Position numbers and translations under genes: made by a program | Source: Candidatus Peribacterales bacterium | GTDB lineage: Bacteria > Patescibacteriota > Gracilibacteria > Peribacterales > Peribacteraceae | Direction of reading: 5' to 3' | DNA: 64,000 nt | Assembly: GCA_020058765.1 (NCBI GenBank) | Contig: JAGVDM010000001.1 | Span: 84,963-148,962 of the forward strand | The notes under the pieces: model-generated | Databases searched by the model: none | What the model was told of the DNA's origin: nothing | The model's input: the letters and a program-made list of their open reading frames with translations, nothing else | Shown here: positions 28,873 to 37,421 of the stretch, piece after piece | Layout of the letters: each line of letters starts with the position of its first letter | Position numbering within the stretch: the first letter of the stretch is position 1

Positions 28873-30852
28873 ATGTCCAAATCCAATCAGTTCAGGCTCG
28901 TTTCCCAGTTCTCCCCTACCGGTGATCAGCCGGAGGCAATCAAGAAACTGGTTGAGGGAATCCAGGCAGGAGAGCGGCACCAAACACTCCTCGGCGCTAC
29001 GGGCACAGGCAAAACATTTGCCATGGCCAACATCGTGGCGCAACTGCAGCGCCCCACGCTGGTACTTGCGCACAACAAAACACTCGCTGCACAGCTCTGC
29101 AGTGAGTTCCAAAGTTTCTTCCCAGACAACGCAGTTTCGTACTTCGTATCGTACTACGATTACTACCAACCAGAGGCGTACTTGCCCACGACTGACACGT
29201 ATATCGAGAAAGATGCGAGCATCAACGAGGAGATCGAAAAATTCCGTCATGCAGCTACGCACAACCTCCTCAAGCGTCGGGATGTGCTCATCGTTGCATC
29301 TGTATCCTGCATTTACGGTCTGGGCGACGTGGAAGACTACGAAGCGCTCGCCATTACCCTCAAGAAAGGTGACCCTATCCAACGCGACAAGTTTCTTCGC
29401 CGCCTAACGGACATCCAGTATCGCCGTTCCGGTATGGACTTCAAGCAGGGCATGGTGCACGTGCTCGGAGATACAGTGGAAGTGTTTCCACCCGGCGGTG
29501 ACACGGTGTTTCGTATCGAGATGCCGTTTGATGAAGTGGAAACGATCCAAGAAGTAGACTGCTTCACCGGCGAATTGCTGCAGGATCTCGACGAAGTCAT
29601 CATCTTCCCTGCATCGCATAACGTCACCACACAAGAAAAGATTCAGCGCGCATGCAGCTTGATCCTGGATGACATGGCGATCCGCGAAAAGGAACTGCTC
29701 GCTGCAGGTGAACTCGCCAAAGCAGAGCGCATTCGTCAGCGCACAGAATACGACGTCGAAATGCTCAAAGAGACGGGGTACTGCACCGGTATCGAAAACT
29801 ACATTCGCTATCTAAACGATCAGCCGCCGGGCACTCCGCCAAGTACGCTCCTCGATTACTTTCCGGAGGACTTCCTCATGTTCATCGACGAATCGCACAT
29901 CAGCATCCCGCAGGTGGGCGGTATGCATGAGGGCAATCGCAGCCGCAAGCAAACGCTTATCGACTATGGCTTCCGTTTGCCTAGCTCGCACGACAACCGC
30001 CCCCTCAAATTCAATGAATTTGAATCGCGCATAAAGCAGGCGGTGTATGTATCCGCTACACCAGGGCCATACGAGTACAAGCACACGCCCAAAAACCGCA
30101 TTGTTGAGCAGATCATCCGTCCTACGGGGCTCGTTGATCCAGTGGTGATCGTGAGGCCGAGCAAGAATCAGGTAGATGATCTCACGGCAGAAATTCATGC
30201 GACGATCGCGCGCAAGGAGCGCGTGCTGCTCACCACACTCACCAAGAAGAGCGCAGAGGATTTCACCAAGTACCTGCAAGATGCAGGATTCAAAGTGCGG
30301 TATCTCCATAGCGATATCGAAACACTCGAGCGCATCGAAATTCTGCGGCAGCTCCGCATAGGAGACATCGATATCCTCGTGGGTATTAACCTGCTGCGCG
30401 AAGGTCTCGATCTCCCAGAAGTGAGCTTCATTGGCATCCTCGATGCCGATAAGCAGGGCTTCCTCCGCTCACGGGATGCGCTCATCCAAACTATTGGGCG
30501 CGCAGCGCGCAACGTGAACGGCCACGTCACGCTCTACGCAGATAAAATGACCGATGCCATGAAGGCGGCAATGGGCGAAACGGAACGCCGTCGCACCATC
30601 CAGGAGGCGTACAACAAGAAGCATGGCATTACGCCTCAAAGCATTATCAAGGCTGTGCACGACATTGCCGAGGAGGGCAAAAAATTGGAACTCCGCCGCC
30701 CCAAGCGGGATCACAGCAAGATCCCGCAGGACGAAAAGAAGCGGCTCATGGAGGAGCTGGAGCTGCAGATGGAGATTGCCGCGCAGAACCTAGAATTCGA
30801 AAAAGCAGCCGATTTGCGCGACGAAGTCGAGCTCCTACGGAGGGGAAAATAG
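28873..30852 (+). CDS. uvrB: Excinuclease ABC subunit B
   Basis: PTGDQP, GATGTGKT, YYDYYQPEAY, DESH, LREGLDLPEV, C-terminal UVR domain. Confidence 0.99.
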   Translation: MSKSNQFRLVSQFSPTGDQPEAIKKLVEGIQAGERHQTLLGATGTGKTFAMANIVAQLQRPTLVLAHNKTLAAQLCSEFQSFFPDNAVSYFVSYYDYYQPEAYLPTTDTYIEKDASINEEIEKFRHAATHNLLKRRDVLIVASVSCIYGLGDVEDYEALAITLKKGDPIQRDKFLRRLTDIQYRRSGMDFKQGMVHVLGDTVEVFPPGGDTVFRIEMPFDEVETIQEVDCFTGELLQDLDEVIIFPASHNVTTQEKIQRACSLILDDMAIREKELLAAGELAKAERIRQRTEYDVEMLKETGYCTGIENYIRYLNDQPPGTPPSTLLDYFPEDFLMFIDESHISIPQVGGMHEGNRSRKQTLIDYGFRLPSSHDNRPLKFNEFESRIKQAVYVSATPGPYEYKHTPKNRIVEQIIRPTGLVDPVVIVRPSKNQVDDLTAEIHATIARKERVLLTTLTKKSAEDFTKYLQDAGFKVRYLHSDIETLERIEILRQLRIGDIDILVGINLLREGLDLPEVSFIGILDADKQGFLRSRDALIQTIGRAARNVNGHVTLYADKMTDAMKAAMGETERRRTIQEAYNKKHGITPQSIIKAVHDIAEEGKKLELRRPKRDHSKIPQDEKKRLMEELELQMEIAAQNLEFEKAADLRDEVELLRRGK

Positions 30853-30865
30853 GCGTACAGTGTTC

Positions 30866-30893
30866 TTGACAATTGTTAATTAAAGTTTACGAT
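30866..30893 (+). promoter_or_regulatory. Sigma70-like promoter
   Basis: TTGACA, 16 bp, TACGAT; near-palindrome TTGACAATTGTTAA over the -35 box. Confidence 0.5.
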
Positions 30894-30923
30894 AGCACCC
30901 ATTTGTCTCTCACACCCTATCGT

Positions 30924-31343
30924 ATGCGTCTGATTGTTGTGTTCTCCCTGGTTGTATCGCTCGCCGTCCCCGGTGTGGCGGATGCTGCGTCGTACTACCT
31001 CAATCGCTACGAAGATGGCGAAATTACGCGTTACGGCAGCCCAGACTGGTATTCCGACATTCTCTACACGTCTCCGCTAAGCGTAACGCCATACCGCACG
31101 ACAACGCACGCATTGCACCCGTACTACAGAAACAGCTACTACACCCGCACGCTCCCTAGCAAGAAGATCACGCGGCCAGAATTCTACCGGTACCTCGAGG
31201 ATCTGTATTACCAGAACCTGCTCACCGGTAATGCTTCGCCACAACTACAGCGTGAAGCACCGCTCAACCTGCGTTGCCCAAACTACGCCGTTCGCCGCGA
31301 GAGCTACCGCATGCCTCGTGAGTTCCTAGGGTGCACGAACTAA
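30924..31343 (+). CDS. Secreted Tyr-rich hypothetical protein
   Basis: Signal peptide ending VADA; many Tyr; two C-terminal Cys. Confidence 0.65.
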   Translation: MRLIVVFSLVVSLAVPGVADAASYYLNRYEDGEITRYGSPDWYSDILYTSPLSVTPYRTTTHALHPYYRNSYYTRTLPSKKITRPEFYRYLEDLYYQNLLTGNASPQLQREAPLNLRCPNYAVRRESYRMPREFLGCTN

Positions 31344-32176
31344 TTCCCTATTGATTCAAATACCTTGAGCGCCCGAGCATAGCCCTCGGGTGTTCCAGTA
31401 TCTACGCGCGTGCCGTCGCAGGCATAGCCGTACATCGGCATGCCGGCAGCCAGCTGTGCAATGAGTGCATCGATCAAGCGAATTTCTCCGCCATGGCTGC
31501 CTTGTACGGTCGGGAGTACATCAAAGGTGGATCGTGGAATGATGTAGCGGCCTACGATACCTAGTGTGGATGGCGCGTCTTTTGGATCGGGCTTTTCCAC
31601 CATCTCGCTTACGATCTTGAGCCGCGGATCTGTTGGATCTTCACCGCGTATGCCCACAATGCCATATCTATTGGTGTTCTCACGCGGGACGTTCTCTAGC
31701 GCCACAATCGCTCCTTCGCCCTTGGCATGGTGTTCAAATACCTCCTTGAGCTGGGCAATGCCGGGCTTTGCTCCGGTAAAGAGGTCATCACCGAAAAGCA
31801 CAGCAACATAGTCGCTTTGCACCCAATCCTTCGCCTGCAGGATTGCGTGGCCATCACCAAGTTGATCGCGTTGGTACACGGTATGGAAGTTGAGCTTGCT
31901 GTACCGCTTCAGTGGTTCGATGAGTGAGTGCTTCCCTCGTCGCTTCAATTCTTCTTCCAATGCAGGGTCGTCATAAAAGTATTCGGGGATTTTCTCCTTC
32001 CCTTTGCTGATCACAAAACAAATATCTTCGATGCCCGCGGCCATACACTCATCCACAATGTGCGCGATGATTGGCTCCTTCCCCAGGGGGAGTAATTCCT
32101 TTGGCACTACCTTCGTCCAAGGAAGAAATCGTGTGCCAAGACCCGCTACGGGAAGGATTGCCTGGGTGATCTTCAT
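31340..32176 (-). CDS. galU: UTP--glucose-1-phosphate uridylyltransferase
   Basis: PVAGLGTRFLP.TK..PKE, LGDGHA, VEKP, GEIRLIDAL, DTGT. Confidence 0.9.
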   Translation of the reverse strand: MKITQAILPVAGLGTRFLPWTKVVPKELLPLGKEPIIAHIVDECMAAGIEDICFVISKGKEKIPEYFYDDPALEEELKRRGKHSLIEPLKRYSKLNFHTVYQRDQLGDGHAILQAKDWVQSDYVAVLFGDDLFTGAKPGIAQLKEVFEHHAKGEGAIVALENVPRENTNRYGIVGIRGEDPTDPRLKIVSEMVEKPDPKDAPSTLGIVGRYIIPRSTFDVLPTVQGSHGGEIRLIDALIAQLAAGMPMYGYACDGTRVDTGTPEGYARALKVFESIGN

Positions 32177-32221
32177 AGGCCGAAGCATAGCATTTTTGGG
32201 CATTTTCTACGAATTGCAATT

Positions 32222-32239
32222 TTGGCTTCGTAGAGCCAA
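32222..32239. promoter_or_regulatory. Palindromic site TTGGCT-N6-AGCCAA (copy 1)
   Basis: Lies in the divergent galU / histone-like gene intergenic region; same arms and spacer as 40736-40753. Confidence 0.45.
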
Positions 32240-32346
32240 AAAATAGAGCATTTTTTGGGTGCATCCTACAGATGGCTTCGTGACGCCACTTTACAGGCAT
32301 ACCCTTTGTACGCTACAATGGCCGGAAACCTTTCACACAAATTCCT

Positions 32347-32760
32347 ATGACCACTTCTCAAGGACTCGCTGTTGTGCAGAACCTTTACCTGCTGCAGATC
32401 GACTTGCGCCGCTGCCTAGACGGCGACCTCTCCGACCCAGCCCAGCGCCGCGAAGCGCAGGCACGGGTGAAGGAATTCTCCACGCTCCTCAAGCAAGCCG
32501 ACTGGCGCTACATGGGCGGAGAAGATGTGCTGATGAGTTTGCAGGACATGGAGAAGGAATTCCGTGAGAAGATCGTTGCTCGTGCATCTGCACGCAAAGC
32601 GATGCCTCGTGTTGCTACAAGACGTGCTGTGCAGGCCGTGGTAAAGAAGGCCACTACTCGCCCGTCTGCAAAAGTGCGCACTGCAAAACCGGTACAGGCG
32701 AAGAAGGTCACCAAGAAGCCGGCTCGCAAGTCGCCCGCTCGTAAAACAAAGCGTCGCTAA
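32347..32760 (+). CDS. Small protein with histone H1-like Lys/Ala/Arg-rich tail
   Basis: About 75 aa helical N-domain then AKKVTKKPARKSPARKTKRR. Confidence 0.7.
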   Translation: MTTSQGLAVVQNLYLLQIDLRRCLDGDLSDPAQRREAQARVKEFSTLLKQADWRYMGGEDVLMSLQDMEKEFREKIVARASARKAMPRVATRRAVQAVVKKATTRPSAKVRTAKPVQAKKVTKKPARKSPARKTKRR

Positions 32761-33236
32761 ATCCCCTCACTAATGCGCACGATCTTTACGCGCTCCTCTT
32801 TGGGGATGAGGATCTTCAGCACGCAGTCTTTTGAGAATGTTGCTTTCACTTTCCGTGGATCCACACTGCAAGGCATGGTGACACTGCGGGAGAAGTCGCC
32901 CCAGAAACACTCCTGCAAATAGAATTGATTCTCAGGAATCGTATCGTTGTTTTTTCGTGATCCGCGAATGGTCACAACGCGATCATCTACTTCGATATCC
33001 AAGTCACTCATGCGTACTCCGGCAATCGGTGCGCGAATGATGTAGTAGTCATCCTGCTCGTAAATATCCACCGCAATCTGACCCATCGGGCGTTGTGCAG
33101 GAGGAGGGGGTGGAGCGTTTTGTGGTACTGCTGGAGCCACATTTTGCCAATTCTGCGGCTCGGGCAATTCGGTCAATTGCGTTGACTCTTGTGGTGGCCC
33201 GAAGGAGAAAATTCCGTGAAATGGCGAAGGGCTCAT
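32757..33236 (-). CDS. Hsp20/alpha-crystallin family small heat-shock protein
   Basis: VDIYE, IAGV...DLDI, IRGSR, QECFWGDFSRSV, VLKILIPK; Pro-rich N-terminus. Confidence 0.9.
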   Translation of the reverse strand: MSPSPFHGIFSFGPPQESTQLTELPEPQNWQNVAPAVPQNAPPPPPAQRPMGQIAVDIYEQDDYYIIRAPIAGVRMSDLDIEVDDRVVTIRGSRKNNDTIPENQFYLQECFWGDFSRSVTMPCSVDPRKVKATFSKDCVLKILIPKEERVKIVRISEGI

Positions 33237-33339
33237 TTCACTCTATCCTACAGAAAGCGCTTGCAGATGTGCAAAAATGATTACTCGCGTGTTCGTGCAA
33301 GTTGTTGTTGATTCATCTTCCAGGTTTTCATCTGTGTGC

Positions 33340-33368
33340 TTGACCGTTCGTGTACATCTTCGTACGAT
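33340..33368 (+). promoter_or_regulatory. Sigma70-like promoter of the attenuated transcript
   Basis: TTGACC (33340-33345), 17 bp, TACGAT (33363-33368). Confidence 0.7.
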
Positions 33369-33378
33369 TGTAATCGTC

Positions 33379-33432
33379 ATGCAGCGTTTGTCTCTCATCG
33401 TCGCTCTTCTCGTCGTCCCGCCCAAGGGATAG
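33379..33432 (+). CDS. Putative Leu/Ile/Val-rich leader peptide MQRLSLIVALLVVPPKG
   Basis: 17 codons, 8 of them Leu/Ile/Val; begins 10 nt after the -10 box; the stop codon overlaps the antiterminator arm. Confidence 0.7.
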   Translation: MQRLSLIVALLVVPPKG

Positions 33433-33483
33433 AGGTGCGCCGTTGTCGACTTCCATGCAGCACCTCTCCCCGAGGTGCTTTTT
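33431..33483 (+). terminator. Attenuator: antiterminator/terminator pair
   Basis: Terminator GCACCTC-TCCCC-GAGGTGC-TTTTT (33460-33483); alternative pairing of AGAGGTGC (33431-33438) with GCACCTCT (33460-33467). Confidence 0.8.
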
Positions 33484-33504
33484 GTCTCTATTCCCCTCAT
33501 CATC

Positions 33505-33945
33505 ATGGTGCACCTGGACACCACAGAACTGGGCACAACTCACGCTCCCGCTCCTGCAGAAGCAGAGCAAATCAGTGCCATAGAAGCACAAACAGAAGCC
33601 GCTTCTCACGAAGCGTGGCGCCTGACTACTTCCATTTCCCGAATGGAGACTCGGCACTACCGCGAACGTGCGCAGGAGGTGCTCAAAAATGTGGGGAACG
33701 GCAAACCGCTCTTTAATGTAGTGGACTACATCACTGTGAGCGAGCAGCCGCAGGCGGCTCCAGATGCAGAGGATCCACGCGAGCAAACCGGTACGCTCAT
33801 TCGTGTGCGTACAACACTGTCTGGCGTTTGGCGCGAGCAGTGGATACCTACGCCCTTCAGCGATCGTGAGCGCGTAGCAGCACAATCCGCCGATATGGTA
33901 CGCAGTATGGCGCACTCGTTACTTGGGTCGCAGCAGGAAGCGTAA
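33505..33945 (+). CDS. Hypothetical protein under attenuator control
   Basis: 146 aa from ATG 33505 (MVHLDTT) after a C/T-rich leader; no recognised motif. Confidence 0.6.
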   Translation: MVHLDTTELGTTHAPAPAEAEQISAIEAQTEAASHEAWRLTTSISRMETRHYRERAQEVLKNVGNGKPLFNVVDYITVSEQPQAAPDAEDPREQTGTLIRVRTTLSGVWREQWIPTPFSDRERVAAQSADMVRSMAHSLLGSQQEA

Positions 33946-33988
33946 GAGTGTTGTAGTCACGCATGCACTTGGTCGGTATCCTCTCGTG

Positions 33989-34786
33989 GTGACCCACGTA
34001 CACGCATTGTTCCTCGGTGTCCTACAAGGACTCACAGAGTTCCTGCCTGTTTCCAGCTCTGGGCATTTGGTTCTTGCAGAAACGTTCCTGCAGTTACCTA
34101 TCGCCGAGCGGGATCTTCTTGGGTTTGACGTGCTCCTGCACGCGGCAACGGCGCTCGCATTGCTGCTGTGCTACGCGAAGATGTGGTGGAAGATCGGCAG
34201 GTCTGCATTCGTGCCTGATCCGCAGCATCGTCGGCTGCTTGGTCTGCTCATTCTTGCCACCATCCCAGGGGCGGTTGCGGGAGTGCTGCTCGATGACTGG
34301 ATCGCCGAATACACCCGATCAGTAACAGTGGTGGCAATTGCCCTTATGGGCACCGCAACAATGCTGATACTTTCCGCGTTCGGCCGCGGCAACGGAGGTG
34401 TGCATACGATTTCGGTGCGACAAGCGATGATGATTGGTGTTGCACAGGCATGCGCACTCGTACCAGGTTTATCCCGCTCAGGTCTTACCATTAGCGTCGG
34501 GCAGCTTTCCGGTCTGGCTCGTCGTGAGGCACTCGACTTTTCCTTCCTCATGGCATTCCCCATCATTGTTGGCGCGAGTGCCATGACTGGCATTGATGTG
34601 CTTCGTGGAGAGGTGCAACTGCCACCACTCTTCATATCCATCACGGGATTCATCGCCTCGTTCGTCGTCAGCATTCTCGCAATTTTTTCACTGCGGAGAT
34701 TCGTCGTAAAATTCAGCCTGGCATGGTTTGCCTTGTATCTCTTCCCTGCAGCTATAGCTCTGTTGGTCGCCAGCCGCGGTCTATGA
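33989..34786 (+). CDS. uppP: Undecaprenyl-diphosphate phosphatase
   Basis: QGLTEFLPVSSSGHL, PGLSRSG, FSFLMA. Confidence 0.95.
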   Translation: MTHVHALFLGVLQGLTEFLPVSSSGHLVLAETFLQLPIAERDLLGFDVLLHAATALALLLCYAKMWWKIGRSAFVPDPQHRRLLGLLILATIPGAVAGVLLDDWIAEYTRSVTVVAIALMGTATMLILSAFGRGNGGVHTISVRQAMMIGVAQACALVPGLSRSGLTISVGQLSGLARREALDFSFLMAFPIIVGASAMTGIDVLRGEVQLPPLFISITGFIASFVVSILAIFSLRRFVVKFSLAWFALYLFPAAIALLVASRGL

Positions 34787-34875
34787 TATTTCCCGTAGAA
34801 CATGTCTTGCTTCCGACGATTCTGTGAGTAGAATGCGCCCACTCGGTTCCTGTAGCTTTTTTCTCCTTCGAACGC

Positions 34876-35100
34876 ATGTCCGGTCCGATCCTCAACAACA
34901 ACATCCGCCGTCTGCGTTTCGATAAGCATATGACGCAGGAGGAGCTTGCACTGCGCACGGGCGTAAGCCGCCAAACCATCATGAGCATTGAACGTGGCCA
35001 GACCAATCCATCCGTGCTGCTTGCCTACAAGATTTCTGCTGCATTGGAGGTGCCAATCACCGAAGTATTCGCAATGGAAGGCAACCTCGCACCAGTGTAA
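34876..35100 (+). CDS. XRE-family HTH transcriptional regulator
   Basis: MTQEELALRTGVSRQTIMSIERGQTNPSV. Confidence 0.9.
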   Translation: MSGPILNNNIRRLRFDKHMTQEELALRTGVSRQTIMSIERGQTNPSVLLAYKISAALEVPITEVFAMEGNLAPV

Positions 35101-36764
35101 GCGATTGCATCCAGAGCTTTGACGTGCGCCGCGACAGCGGCGTTTTTTGTGGCGCGCGCATCGACCAAATAGAGCTGTGGCTGCCGTATGCCTTGCCATT
35201 CATCCATGCCTAATCGACACACAATATCCATGGGTTCTGTGCAGTAGGGCAGTAGCCCGCCGCGGTGGAACCCGATCAACTTCCGTCCCTGCACTTTGCC
35301 CTGCAGGTGCAGGCGTTCTTTACCCACCTGGCGTGCATCGTCGATCCGCACGTTGCGGATCAGGAAGAGCGGCTCGCGATTGCCCTGGCCGTGTGGCTCC
35401 AGTGTATCGAGCGCTGCAATGAACGTTGTCGTAATTACGTCCGTTGGCAACATCGCATCGATCTCTGTTGTAGGCACGAGCATATCTGGCGTGGTGCGCT
35501 CCGCGATATCCGCGTGCAATCCCATACATAACGCTTCCCAGTGTTCGCGCAGCAGTGTGCAACCTGCTGCCTGCGCATGACCGCCGTATCGCAGAAGCAA
35601 ATGCTTGTGGCGATCGAGCCCTTCTGCGATGTGATACGCAGGCGTGCTGCGCAGCGATGCGGTACACATATCGCCCTCTTGCACTGCCACCATGCTTGGC
35701 CGACCGATCCGCTCGGTGAGGCGGCCGGCAATGAGGCCAATAATGCCATGGGAATACGTCGTGCTTAGGCTCGAGAGGAGCGGGGGCGTGGTAGGTGTAG
35801 CTTCGATCTCTTTCAATGCCTGTGCAAAATGCTCTTCGGTTTCCGTCTGGCGATCACGGTTGAGTGTGTCGAGCGTGGTAATTGCATCTGTATCCCCAAG
35901 TAATGCCTGCAGCGCCAGATCGGGTGATGCCATGCGCCCCGATGCATTGATGCGCGGCGCAAGACGAAAGGCGATGTCGGTACTCGTGATCGTGAGGGGA
36001 TCAATCCCTGCAATTTCTGCGAGCGCGAGGAGAGGGCTATTACGCAACGCACCGAAGTGGCGCAGTCCCTGCTGCACAAGTAGGCGGTTATAGCCGGTGA
36101 GCGGCACGAGGTCTGCAACGGTACCAATGGTCGCCAATACAGCGTCTTCTTCGTGACCCTGCCACGATGCTCCTTCCACCATGCGCAGCAGGTGGTACAC
36201 CACGCCGGCACCAGATGGGTGCGGCAGTGGGTAGAGTGCAGATCTCCCTGGATGCACGATAGCCAAGGCATCGGGCAGTGCATCTGTGAGCATGTGGTGA
36301 TCGGTGACGATTACATCCATGCCGCACTGCTTCGCAAGAGCAACTTCTGCAATCGCACTCACACCTGTATCTGCAGTGATCATCAACGTAACGTGCTGTG
36401 CGTGCATGTCCTCCACCATGCGTGCAGATAGGCCGTAGCCGTCATGCACGCGGTGGGGCAGGCGCACGATCGGTTCCAAGTCATACCTGCGGAACAGGCG
36501 TATGAGCTGGGCAACGGCAGTAATGCCGTCGCAATCGTAGTCGCCCACAATGCCCACCGTTTCGTGCTGTGCAATAGCGGCACGAATACGTTCTGCAGCC
36601 AGTGCTGCATCGGGCAGCAGATCTGGCGCGCCGAATGTATCTATCGCTGTTGTATCCAGCCCGCGGGCTCGACGCAGGGCATCCAGCAACGATGCGCCGA
36701 GAAGCCCATCACTGTTGTGTATGGACCATCGCCTGCCTGTGAACGACAAATGAGGGTCAGTCAT
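35025..36764 (-). CDS. recJ: Single-stranded-DNA-specific exonuclease RecJ
   Basis: GDYDCDG, TDHH, GTVADLVPL, PRINASGR, GGHAQAAG, LEPHGQGN. Confidence 0.95.
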   Translation of the reverse strand: MTDPHLSFTGRRWSIHNSDGLLGASLLDALRRARGLDTTAIDTFGAPDLLPDAALAAERIRAAIAQHETVGIVGDYDCDGITAVAQLIRLFRRYDLEPIVRLPHRVHDGYGLSARMVEDMHAQHVTLMITADTGVSAIAEVALAKQCGMDVIVTDHHMLTDALPDALAIVHPGRSALYPLPHPSGAGVVYHLLRMVEGASWQGHEEDAVLATIGTVADLVPLTGYNRLLVQQGLRHFGALRNSPLLALAEIAGIDPLTITSTDIAFRLAPRINASGRMASPDLALQALLGDTDAITTLDTLNRDRQTETEEHFAQALKEIEATPTTPPLLSSLSTTYSHGIIGLIAGRLTERIGRPSMVAVQEGDMCTASLRSTPAYHIAEGLDRHKHLLLRYGGHAQAAGCTLLREHWEALCMGLHADIAERTTPDMLVPTTEIDAMLPTDVITTTFIAALDTLEPHGQGNREPLFLIRNVRIDDARQVGKERLHLQGKVQGRKLIGFHRGGLLPYCTEPMDIVCRLGMDEWQGIRQPQLYLVDARATKNAAVAAHVKALDAIAYTGARLPSIANTSVIGTSNAAEIL

Positions 36765-36799
36765 CCCTGGGGATGCCACCCTACCAGAGCTCTTGCTCC

Positions 36800-37393
36800 T
36801 TACGAAACCACCCGTGTCATGCGTTCGGTTCGGCGAGCGCGGAGGATCGTCCACACAGCACCGCCAATCAAGGTCATCACACCGGCAGCCGTTCCGGCGC
36901 CTGTTGGCGGCAACGGCTTCCCTTTGCCTGTTGGGCCAGGGAGCAATGGTGCACCGCCGTGCAGTTCAATACCCTGTTCTTCCAGGAGCAAGAACGCCTG
37001 CTGGCGAATCTCCGCTTCTGCCTTCGCTTTGGCCTGTGTGTCGGTAATGCGTTCCAACGTACGCATCAGTTCCAAGAATTCACGGTTCACTGGCTCATCA
37101 GAAAGCGCCATTTCCTGTTCCGTAGCAGCTCCATGGAGTGCTTCCTCTTCCTCAGTCCATTCTTCCGCAGCGGCTGGGTGCTGCTCTGCAAAGATTGCAG
37201 CCTGTTCAGCATCCCGGCGTGCAGCGCTCTCGCTCTGTTGGCGGCTTACACGATCCGATGCTTCGCGGGGCTGCGCAGGAAGGAGCAGCTCATTGCTCAG
37301 GAGCACGTCGTACGGGTTCACGTAGGCGTGCGCCATGCTAGGGAGCAAGAGCGTCATGAGTGCCAAAGCCAGTCTGTTTTTGTTTGTTGACAT
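36800..37393 (-). CDS. Secreted protein with C-terminal LPxTG-like sorting signal
   Basis: Signal peptide ending AHA; C-terminal LPPTG, hydrophobic stretch and basic tail RARR. Confidence 0.7.
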   Translation of the reverse strand: MSTNKNRLALALMTLLLPSMAHAYVNPYDVLLSNELLLPAQPREASDRVSRQQSESAARRDAEQAAIFAEQHPAAAEEWTEEEEALHGAATEQEMALSDEPVNREFLELMRTLERITDTQAKAKAEAEIRQQAFLLLEEQGIELHGGAPLLPGPTGKGKPLPPTGAGTAAGVMTLIGGAVWTILRARRTERMTRVVS

Positions 37394-37421
37394 CATAGTA
37401 TTGTAGCAGAATCGGTCGAAA

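Noticed and set aside
33243-33915. ORF-track ORFs 33243-33536(-), 33328-33915(-), 33336-33716(+) and the GTG start at 33475
   Set aside because: They run across the promoter, leader peptide and attenuator; 33475 lies inside the terminator hairpin; no protein-like features
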